Below, one piece after another: positions 1-8,521 of a DNA stretch of 36,379 nt (positions are counted from its first letter, which is position 1; every line of letters begins with the position of its first letter). The DNA is taken from NCBI GenBank assembly GCA_937890785.1, contig CALAEC010000182.1, forward strand, positions 1-36,379, in the 5' to 3' direction. Origin of the DNA: an uncultured Actinomycetes bacterium. GTDB lineage: Bacteria > Actinomycetota > UBA4738 > CALAEC01. Below the pieces are notes generated by a model. It ran no database searches. It was not told the origin of the DNA and was given only the letters and a program-made list of their open reading frames with translations. A program made the position numbers and the translations under genes.

Positions 1-179
1 TGCCGAAGCGGTGGAAGATCACCCGGGGAGGCAGCTGGACCTGGCAGTACGTGGAGACCGGCAAGGGGGCGCCCAAGATCCTGGCGCAGTCGAGCGAGTC
101 CTGGGAGACGAAGGACAAGGTTCGCGCCGAGATCGACGAGATGAAGCGGAACGACGACCTCGAGGAGGACGAGGACTAG
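1..179 (+). CDS. Small YegP/DUF1508-like protein, 5'-truncated by the window edge (not in the ORF track)
   Basis: Frame 3 reads PKRWKITRGGSWTWQYVETGKGAPKILAQSSESWETKDKVRAEIDEMKRNDDLEEDED* with TAG at 177-179. The window starts with TG, probably the end of an ATG/GTG. The WxW...ILAxSExW pattern resembles DUF1508. Confidence 0.6.
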   Translation, partial: PKRWKITRGGSWTWQYVETGKGAPKILAQSSESWETKDKVRAEIDEMKRNDDLEEDED

Positions 180-544
180 CGCTCGCCGAGCGCCGTCCGA
201 ACCTTCGCCAGCAGCTCGCCGATCGGGAACGGGCGCCGGAGCTCCCCCTCGACCGGGTAGAGGCCGAGCTTCCCGGTCTCGCCCTGCCCGGCCATGAAGA
301 TGATGACCCTGGTTTCGGCGAGGTCGTCATCCTCGCGGATCTCCTTCAGTACCGCCCACCCGTCGGTGCCGGGGAGCTCGGCGTCGAGGAGCACCAGGTC
401 GTACCCGTCCTGGCGCAACATGGCCAGCCCGTCCTCCGCTGTTGAGGCCTCGGCCACGTCGTAGCCCTCAAGCTGAAGGCGCAGCACCGGCTGCCGCATG
501 TGCTCGGGCCGATGGTCGATCAGCAGGATCCGGCCCCGGCTCAC
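176..544 (-). CDS. Single-domain response regulator receiver (atypical)
   Basis: RILLIDH...YDLVLLDAELPGTDGWAVLKEIR...RRPF receiver pattern. The likely GTG start at 544 overlaps the NIL gene stop (GTGA). Confidence 0.8.
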   Translation of the reverse strand: MSRGRILLIDHRPEHMRQPVLRLQLEGYDVAEASTAEDGLAMLRQDGYDLVLLDAELPGTDGWAVLKEIREDDDLAETRVIIFMAGQGETGKLGLYPVEGELRRPFPIGELLAKVRTALGER

Positions 545-780
545 CCGCCCGGCGCCTTCTCGAGCCGGTCCACGATCACCCCACGCTCCCGGAGCCACGA
601 GACCGCGTCATCCACGGACTCGTCGGTCCCGTCCATCTCCAGGATCACCCAGCCAGAGCCCTCCTCGAGGCTGGCCCGTCGGATCGTCGTCACCACGCCG
701 AAGTCGGATCCGAGCGTGTGGATGATCGGCTCCCCCACGAGATCGCCGGGTAGCGTCAGATGGAACCGCCCCTTCGCCAC
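541..780 (-). CDS. Stand-alone NIL-domain (ACT-like) protein
   Basis: C-terminal part of the 541..2397 ORF: VAKGRFHLTLPGDLVGEPIIHTLGSDFGVVTTIRRASLEEGSGWVILEMDGTDESVDDAVSWLRERGVIVDRL, a typical NIL pattern. TACAAT (787-792) lies 6 nt before the GTG. Confidence 0.8.
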   Translation of the reverse strand: MAKGRFHLTLPGDLVGEPIIHTLGSDFGVVTTIRRASLEEGSGWVILEMDGTDESVDDAVSWLRERGVIVDRLEKAPGG

Positions 781-830
781 GACCGGATTGTACGGCGGGC
801 CAGCCGACCGATTGTGAGTGCGTGGACGAA

Positions 831-887
831 GGCCGGCGGCTCGGCCGGAGGGGACACCTCTTGTCCCCGAAGGCCGAGACGCCGGCC
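831..887 (-). terminator. Long GC-rich hairpin downstream of groEL
   Basis: Core GGGGACA-cctct-TGTCCCC (850-868), extended by ggccggcg/ctcggcc and ggccgag/cgccggcc arms. No U-tract. Confidence 0.55.
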
Positions 888-902
888 CCCGCGCGTGCCG
901 AG

Positions 903-2567
<1,665 letters not shown>

Positions 2568-2594
2568 TTAGCACTCCCGGGGAGAGAGTGCTAA
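2568..2594. promoter_or_regulatory. CIRCE element (HrcA operator) upstream of groEL
   Basis: Perfect TTAGCACTC-ccggggaga-GAGTGCTAA. Minus-strand -10 TATACT at 2601-2606 and possible -35 TTGCCA at 2626-2631. Confidence 0.97.
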
Positions 2595-2644
2595 CGCAAG
2601 AGTATAACGCCAGGCTGGGGTCGGTTGGCAAGGGCCGGGCCAGC

Positions 2645-3559
2645 TCAGGGCCGGGCCCGGCCCAGGCCGCGCAGGTAGCCGCCCATCTTCGCCAGGTCGG
2701 TCACCAGCATCAAAGCCGGAACGGCTCCGAGGGCGGCCAGTCGCCGACCCGCCGATGGCATCCTGCGCCAGGCCCGGCGGACCGGCCCAGCGGCGTACAG
2801 GGAGCCGGCCGCCGCGGCTGCCGCCACCAGCCCCCGACGGCGGGAGGTCAGAGCCACGGCCAGGACGCCGTACACCGCGAAGCGGAGCGCGTGGCGGCCG
2901 GCGTGCATGCCGCCCCGGGCGTCATGCTCGGCGTACCCGGCGAACTGGCGCCAGTACGAGGCCAGGTCGGGACGGGGCCGCCGCCCCACCACGGCGTCCC
3001 GGGCCAGGTCCATCCGTAGGCCGAGCTCTCGCCAGCGGTGGTTCAGGTACATGTCTTCGCCGAGGGGCATCCACTCCGGGTACCCGCCGGCGCGCTCGAA
3101 CGCCTCATGCCGGAACGCCACCGACCGCGCCGAGGGCATGAAGGTGTCCTCCCGGACCTCCTCGGGGTCCTTGATCGAGACCGCCGCGGCGCACTCCTCG
3201 AAGAACGTCCCCGCCAGGGGCCGATACACGCCCATCGACACGTCGGCCCCTCGCTCCAGCGGCTCCACCAGGCGCTCCAGCCACTCGGGCTCGAGCACAC
3301 AGTCGGCGTCCGACACCGCGATGGCGTCGTGGGCCGCGGCCCGGACGGCGACGTTCCGCCCCCGGGCGATGTTCGCACCGGGCTCCTCGAGCAGCGTGAT
3401 GCCCGGAGCCGCCCGCAGGATCTCCAGCGTGCCGTCGGTCGATCCGCCGTCGACCACGATGACCTCGTCGGGCGGGTGCGTCTGCGCGGCCACCGAGGCA
3501 AGGAAGGCGCCCACGTGCGGCGCCGCGTCCTTGACCGTGGCCACCAGCGACACCTTCAT
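2645..3559 (-). CDS. GT2 family glycosyltransferase
   Basis: MKVSLVATVKD...VIVVDGGSTDGT...GRN...SDADC...GED, with a hydrophobic C-terminus. The ATG overlaps the sulfotransferase stop (ATGA). Confidence 0.9.
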   Translation of the reverse strand: MKVSLVATVKDAAPHVGAFLASVAAQTHPPDEVIVVDGGSTDGTLEILRAAPGITLLEEPGANIARGRNVAVRAAAHDAIAVSDADCVLEPEWLERLVEPLERGADVSMGVYRPLAGTFFEECAAAVSIKDPEEVREDTFMPSARSVAFRHEAFERAGGYPEWMPLGEDMYLNHRWRELGLRMDLARDAVVGRRPRPDLASYWRQFAGYAEHDARGGMHAGRHALRFAVYGVLAVALTSRRRGLVAAAAAAGSLYAAGPVRRAWRRMPSAGRRLAALGAVPALMLVTDLAKMGGYLRGLGRARP

Positions 3560-4479
3560 CGCGGCGCCCAGTCCCGGTCCTCGTAGAAGGCCGCGGCCAC
3601 CTCCGCCGTGCCCTCGCGGACCCGCTCTCGCTCCTCGGACGTGAGCCGGTCCCGCCAGCTCCATCTGGCCGCTCTGCTGTCCCGCCGGACGGTGCGGTGC
3701 AGGTACGCCGGAACCTCCGCCCGACCGGTGCTCGAGCGGACCACGATCCGCTCGGCGATCCGGTCCCATTCCAGATCGAGGCGCTGGTACAGCTCGTGGA
3801 ACCCCTTCACGGGCTCCTCGGCCAGGTCCTCGTGCCGCACGAACACCCATCCAGGGCGCCGGTCCCGGTACCCCCGGATCACGTGGTGGATCACGTTCCA
3901 CAGCAGGATGGCCTCGTCGACCAGGTCTTGCCGGGTGGGATCGAACGAACGGATCGCATCGGCGTACGGCCCGGCGAGGTCGCGGAGGAACGCCGGCTGA
4001 TCCGCCCAGTTCCGGAAGTCGAAGCGGGGCCAGTCCAGCCGGAGGAGGCTCCCGGCGAAGGCCGCCGGGTGGCGGATCATCACCACGACCTCGAAGCCGA
4101 ACCGCTCGGCCAGCCACTCGGCCGACATCAGCGCGATGGGGTCCTTCACCAGGGGCCGGGCACGGCGGAGCCGGTTCCAGAGCGCCCCCGGGGCCTCGTC
4201 GATCAGCTGGAAGGCCTGGCGGGCCGAGCGGATCCGAAGGACGCTCTGCGGAGGGTACCGGAACGCCAGCAGGTCCTCGACCAGCCCCGCGTACCGGTCT
4301 TCGTTCTCCAGCGTCACGTGCAGATACCAGTGGGGGATGGGCCGGCGGCTCCACCCGGGCCACCGTCGGGGGCTGAACGGCTCGTGCACATAGCCGACCC
4401 CCGGGGCCACGGCCAGCATCCGTCCCGTCCAGGTGGTCCCGGAGCGGTGTGATCCCGTCACGAGGATGGGGGCGGCCAC
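3556..4479 (-). CDS. PAPS-dependent sulfotransferase
   Basis: 5'-PSB loop ILVTGSHRSGTTW, HEPF, VKDP and 3'-PB motif IRHPAAFAGS. Start is GTG 4479 (7 nt after TAAGAT) or ATG 4488. Confidence 0.88.
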   Translation of the reverse strand: MAAPILVTGSHRSGTTWTGRMLAVAPGVGYVHEPFSPRRWPGWSRRPIPHWYLHVTLENEDRYAGLVEDLLAFRYPPQSVLRIRSARQAFQLIDEAPGALWNRLRRARPLVKDPIALMSAEWLAERFGFEVVVMIRHPAAFAGSLLRLDWPRFDFRNWADQPAFLRDLAGPYADAIRSFDPTRQDLVDEAILLWNVIHHVIRGYRDRRPGWVFVRHEDLAEEPVKGFHELYQRLDLEWDRIAERIVVRSSTGRAEVPAYLHRTVRRDSRAARWSWRDRLTSEERERVREGTAEVAAAFYEDRDWAPR

Positions 4480-4515
4480 GGGCGCCATCTTAGCGGCGCC
4501 CCTGGCCCGAACGAC

Positions 4516-4529
4516 CGAACGCATGTTCG
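4516..4529. promoter_or_regulatory. LexA/SOS (Cheo) box
   Basis: CGAAC-gcat-GTTCG is a perfect match to the Gram-positive/actinobacterial consensus and lies in a divergent intergenic region. Confidence 0.7.
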
Positions 4530-4642
4530 GCCCGCGAGCGGGGAAGATGCTTGCAGAACGCGCCCGGAACCCCCACGATTGACCGTGAGGGGCCGCGGTG
4601 AGCGGCCCTGAAGCGTATCCGGGCCGAGAAGGGAGGTGACGG

Positions 4643-4795
4643 ATGGCTCAGTACGAGGGGTACTGCGTGAAGGACAAGAAGAAGGTCCAGTTCGAGGGCG
4701 AGGTCGTCACGCTGAAGAACGGTCGCAGGGCGGCCAAGGGCAAGTGCCCGAGTTGCGGGACGACCGTGATGCGGATCCTCGGGAAGAACGACTAG
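4643..4795 (+). CDS. DUF5679-like small basic zinc-ribbon-type protein, 50 aa (not in the ORF track)
   Basis: MAQYEGYCVKDKKKVQFEGEVVTLKNGRRAAKGKCPSCGTTVMRILGKND*. Strong RBS GGGAGGTGA. Candidate promoter TTGCAG-N17-CACGAT at 4551-4579. Confidence 0.85.
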   Translation: MAQYEGYCVKDKKKVQFEGEVVTLKNGRRAAKGKCPSCGTTVMRILGKND

Positions 4796-5247
4796 CCGGC
4801 TTCGTTGAACGCGACCTGGACCCGGTAGAGGAGCTCGGTCTTCTCGAGCTCGCCCCGCCGGCGCTCCTCGAGCTCCTCAGGGGTCCGCTCCAGCGTCCAC
4901 GCCACCGCCTCGACGAGGTGGGCGGGGTCGAAGGGCTTCGTGATGTACTCGTCGGCCCCCATGCGCCAGCCGTGGAGGATGTCCCGCTCGGAGGCCCGCG
5001 CCGTGAGCACCAGCACCTTGGTCCGCCGGCGGATCCCCCACCGCTCCATCTGCCGGAGCACCTGCCAGCCGGAGACCCGCCCCAGCATGAGGTCAAGGAC
5101 GATCAGGTCGTAGGCGTGCTCGGAGAGGCACTCCAGGGCCTCGGAGCCCGAGCCGGCGCTCTCGGTGTCGTGACTCTCATCGCCCAGCACGACCTGGACG
5201 AGGTTCCGAACGTGGGGGTCGTCCTCCACCACCAGGATGTGGGCCAT
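4792..5247 (-). CDS. Orphan response regulator (receiver plus short charged C-terminal tail)
   Basis: ILVVEDD, LIVLDLML, VLTA and YITKPF canonical residues. No DNA-binding domain. Confidence 0.9.
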   Translation of the reverse strand: MAHILVVEDDPHVRNLVQVVLGDESHDTESAGSGSEALECLSEHAYDLIVLDLMLGRVSGWQVLRQMERWGIRRRTKVLVLTARASERDILHGWRMGADEYITKPFDPAHLVEAVAWTLERTPEELEERRRGELEKTELLYRVQVAFNEAG

Positions 5248-5334
5248 GGTCGTAGCATCGGACGGCCTACGGCGCGGGTTTAGCGCTCGGGGCGGAGGGG
5301 TCCCCCGATCGGGGGTCGGATGGCGCCGAACGGC

Positions 5335-5802
5335 TTATCCCGGCTGGCCGGTGTGCCGGAGGAGGTCCTCGGGGGCCCACATGGTCATGCGGCCGTGGCC
5401 GGCGGCCATGTCGGCAACGGTGGTGCGCTCGAACACCCCGCGCACCGCCGTGTGCACCTCGTTCCACAGGCCCTGGACACCGCACCGACCGTCCTGGAAG
5501 CACGTGTGGTCGTGCTCGTCCAGGCAGTACATCGGGTACAGGCTCCCCTCCATGGCGTCCACGACGTCTGCGATCCGGATCTCCCCGGCCGGGCGGGCCA
5601 GCCGGCACCCGCCGCCGGCGCCTCGGAACGACTCCACCAGGCCGGCCTTGTGGAGCGTGGAGAGCTGCTGCTCGAGGAACCGAAGCGGGATGCCCTGTCG
5701 CTCGGCGATCTCCCTGGCGGGGACCAGGTCGTCGCCCTGGCGAAGGGCGAGCTCGACCATCGCGCGAAGGGCGTATTCGGTCTTCTGGGACACTTGGAAC
5801 AT
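5335..5802 (-). CDS. Rrf2 family transcriptional regulator with three C-terminal Cys (likely Fe-S)
   Basis: MFQVSQKTEYALRAMVELA...IPLRFLEQ...GLVESFRGAGGG...YCLDEHDHTCFQDGRC. Confidence 0.92.
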   Translation of the reverse strand: MFQVSQKTEYALRAMVELALRQGDDLVPAREIAERQGIPLRFLEQQLSTLHKAGLVESFRGAGGGCRLARPAGEIRIADVVDAMEGSLYPMYCLDEHDHTCFQDGRCGVQGLWNEVHTAVRGVFERTTVADMAAGHGRMTMWAPEDLLRHTGQPG

Positions 5803-5817
5803 GGGCCCTGGCTCCTG

Positions 5818-5882
5818 AGCGTAGGGTCGCCGCCGACCCCTGTCAACGTGGGTTGCCGGAATCATACCCCGGGGATAGGATT
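5818..5882. promoter_or_regulatory. Back-to-back sigma70 promoters with a candidate Rrf2 operator
   Basis: Minus strand: TTGACA (5841-5846)-N17-TACGCT (5818-5823). Plus strand: TTGCCG (5853-5858)-N17-TAGGAT (5876-5881). Inverted repeat AATCATA-N9-TAGGATT at 5860-5882. Confidence 0.65.
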
Positions 5883-5915
5883 TCCGCCACGCTGCCGAGG
5901 AGGGAGGACGGAGGG

Positions 5916-6371
5916 ATGGTCGACCCACGCCAGCCCCGGCTGGGGCAGGCGATCACCGGGATCGTCGCCCTGACCGGGTTCCTTCTCGACGTCCCGCTCG
6001 TGCTGCCGGTCCTGGCAACGATCCTCGGGGCGGCGTCGGTGTTCGGCCCCGCGGCGAATCCGTACGCCTGGCTGTTCCGCGGGCTCCGGCGAGCCGGGGT
6101 CGTGGGACCGCCCCGCGAGCTCGAGGAGGCTGCGCCGCCTCGCTTCGCCAACGCGATCGGGTTCGTGGTGCTCTCGGCCGCCGCGGTGGCTTGGTATGCG
6201 CTGCCCTGGCTGGCGTGGGGGCTGGCGCTGCTGGTCGCGGCCCTGGCCCTGCTGGCGGCCCTGACGGGCCTGTGCCTCGGGTGCGAGCTGTACGTGTGGG
6301 GTCGGCGGATCGCCACCGGTGGGCGGGTCCCGGCGCGACGGGTCCGAACGGTGGAGCGGGCGACGGGATGA
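5916..6371 (+). CDS. DUF4395 family membrane protein
   Basis: MVDPRQPRLGQAITG...EEAAPPRFANAIG...GLCLGCELY, the characteristic PPRFA and CLGC motifs. RBS GGAGG. Confidence 0.85.
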   Translation: MVDPRQPRLGQAITGIVALTGFLLDVPLVLPVLATILGAASVFGPAANPYAWLFRGLRRAGVVGPPRELEEAAPPRFANAIGFVVLSAAAVAWYALPWLAWGLALLVAALALLAALTGLCLGCELYVWGRRIATGGRVPARRVRTVERATG

Positions 6372-6754
6372 TCCGGCTGGTCGTGGCCGCCTCCATCCTC
6401 CTCGGCGCGTACGGCATGTGGCTGCTGTGGCGCCGGCCGCCTCGCCGGCTGGCCCGGGCCGATCTGGGGGGCGTGGGGATCCGCGAGCCGACCATCGTGC
6501 AGTTCACCACGGCGTGGTGCGCGCCGTGCCGAGCCGCGGCGCCGCACCTCGAAGCGGCCGCGGCCCGGGCCGGCCTGGCGTACCGGCAGATCGACGTCGG
6601 GGAGCGACCCGACGTGGCTCGCCGGTTCGGCATCCGTACCGTGCCCACGGTGGCGATCACCGGACAGCGAGGCCGGGTGCTACGGGTCTGGACCAGGGTC
6701 CCCGACCCGGGGGAGCTCACTGAGGCGGCGGCTCCGGGCCACGCGCCCGCCTGA
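6368..6754 (+). CDS. Membrane-anchored thioredoxin-like protein
   Basis: N-terminal TM segment, VQFTTAWCAPC and IRTVPT. ATGA overlap with DUF4395. Confidence 0.85.
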   Translation: MIRLVVAASILLGAYGMWLLWRRPPRRLARADLGGVGIREPTIVQFTTAWCAPCRAAAPHLEAAAARAGLAYRQIDVGERPDVARRFGIRTVPTVAITGQRGRVLRVWTRVPDPGELTEAAAPGHAPA

Positions 6755-6779
6755 GCGCTCACGTATCATCCAGCCCGCG

Positions 6780-7739
6780 TTGCACCCGGCCCCCACCGAA
6801 TGGTTCGCTCGCCGGACCTACCACCACAGCTCCTTCGAGCCGTCCGCCCTGGTCGAGGCGAAGCGCCGGGAGGGCCTCACGGTCTCGGTGTGCATCCCAG
6901 CCCTGAACGAGGAAGCGACCGTGGGCGCCATCGTCCGGACGATCCGCACCGAGCTGATGGAGCACGTGCCGCTGGTGGACGAGATGGCCGTCATGGATTC
7001 CAGCTCCACGGACCGGACCGCGGCTGAAGCCGAGCGCTTCGGCGCCACGGTGTTCCAGGACCGTGACGTCCTCCCCGACCTCGAGCCGATGTCCGGCAAG
7101 GGCGAGGCCCTGTGGAAGAGCCTGTTCGTCCTCCGCGGGGACGTCATCCTGTGGCTCGACGCCGACATCCGGAACTTCGACACCCGGTTCGTCTCGGGGC
7201 CACTCGGACCGATCCTCACGGATCCCGATGTGGGGTACGTGAAGAGCTTCTACCGCCGCCCGATCGAGGACGGCCGCGGAGGCTCGCTGGAAGGCGGCCG
7301 GGTCACCGAGCTGGTGGCCAGGCCGCTGCTCAACATGTTCTGGCCGCACCTCGCGGGCATGATCCAGCCGCTGGCCGGGGAGTATGCCGGCCGCCGGTCG
7401 ATCCTGGAGCGGGTACCGTTCTTCACCGGCTACGCCGTGGAGACGGGCCTGTTGATCGACGTGGCCGAGCGGTTCGGAACCGACGCCATGGCCCAGATCG
7501 ACCTGGAGGAACGGATCCACCGCAACCGTCCGATCGGAGAGCTGTCCCGGATGGCCTTCGCCGTCATCAAGGCGGCGCTGTCCCGGCTCGGCGAGGAGGA
7601 GCGACGGCGAGCCTTGGCGGCGTTTGGCATGTTCCAGTTCGATACCGAAGACGGGGACTACCGGATCGTGTCCACGCCGATCACCGTCGAGGAGCGTCCG
7701 CCGGCGATCACCGTGGACGAGTACCGCGCCGTCCGGTGA
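6780..7739 (+). CDS. gpgS: Glucosyl-3-phosphoglycerate synthase
   Basis: VSVCIPALNEEATVG, GKGEALWKSL, DADI, GGRVTELVARPLL, QPLAGEYAGRR and R-x-HRNRP. Confidence 0.92.
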   Translation: MHPAPTEWFARRTYHHSSFEPSALVEAKRREGLTVSVCIPALNEEATVGAIVRTIRTELMEHVPLVDEMAVMDSSSTDRTAAEAERFGATVFQDRDVLPDLEPMSGKGEALWKSLFVLRGDVILWLDADIRNFDTRFVSGPLGPILTDPDVGYVKSFYRRPIEDGRGGSLEGGRVTELVARPLLNMFWPHLAGMIQPLAGEYAGRRSILERVPFFTGYAVETGLLIDVAERFGTDAMAQIDLEERIHRNRPIGELSRMAFAVIKAALSRLGEEERRRALAAFGMFQFDTEDGDYRIVSTPITVEERPPAITVDEYRAVR

Positions 7740-8521
7740 GGCCTCGGGTCCTCTACACCGACCTCGACGGCACGCTCCTCGGTCCGGGCGGCTCGCTGTT
7801 CGCCGCGCCGGCCGGGGGCGTCACCGGCCTCGCCGCCGACGCCGTGGCGGCCGTCCATCGAGCCCGCGTGGCCCTGGTACCAGTGTCGGGTCGCGCCGAG
7901 GTTCGGGTCCGGGAGGCGGCCCGGCTCCTCGGCGCCGACGGATACATCGCGGAGCTCGGCGGCATCCGAGCCCGCGGCGACCTCGTTGTTCGCGACCACG
8001 GCGCGTACCGGGGACGGGGAACGCCCTACGAGGCCATGGCCCGGAGCGGCGCCGCCGGCTTTCTGCTGGAGGCCTTCGCCGGCAGGCTCGAGCCGCACGC
8101 GCCGTGGGCGCACGACGGCCGCGAGATCTCGATGCTCTTCCGCGGCCACGTCGGGTTGGGCGACGTGCACGCCCGGCTGGACGGGGCCGGCTACGACTGG
8201 CTCCGGCTGCACGACAACGGGATCGTGCGCCGGGCGTTCCCCGGCCTCGAGGTCGAGGAGGTCCACGTGTACAACCTCCTCCCCCGAGAGGTGTCGAAGG
8301 CCACCGCCGTCAGCGCCGACCTCGCCGACCGCGACGTCCCGGCCGGGGAGGCCGCCGCCATCGGGGACTCGGCCTCCGACCTGGCGCTGTCGCCACACGT
8401 GGGCCGGGTGTTCCTGGTGGTCCCCGCGCCCCCTGACCTGGCGCTCCCGCCCAACGTCACCGTGACCCGAGCCATGCACGGCGAGGGGTTCGCCGAAGCC
8501 GTTCGCCTCTTGCTCGACTAG
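7736..8521 (+). CDS. HAD family phosphatase, probable glucosyl/mannosyl-3-phosphoglycerate phosphatase
   Basis: YTDLDGTLL, VSGR, VSKA and IGDSASD motifs. GTGA overlap with gpgS. Confidence 0.8.
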   Translation: MRPRVLYTDLDGTLLGPGGSLFAAPAGGVTGLAADAVAAVHRARVALVPVSGRAEVRVREAARLLGADGYIAELGGIRARGDLVVRDHGAYRGRGTPYEAMARSGAAGFLLEAFAGRLEPHAPWAHDGREISMLFRGHVGLGDVHARLDGAGYDWLRLHDNGIVRRAFPGLEVEEVHVYNLLPREVSKATAVSADLADRDVPAGEAAAIGDSASDLALSPHVGRVFLVVPAPPDLALPPNVTVTRAMHGEGFAEAVRLLLD

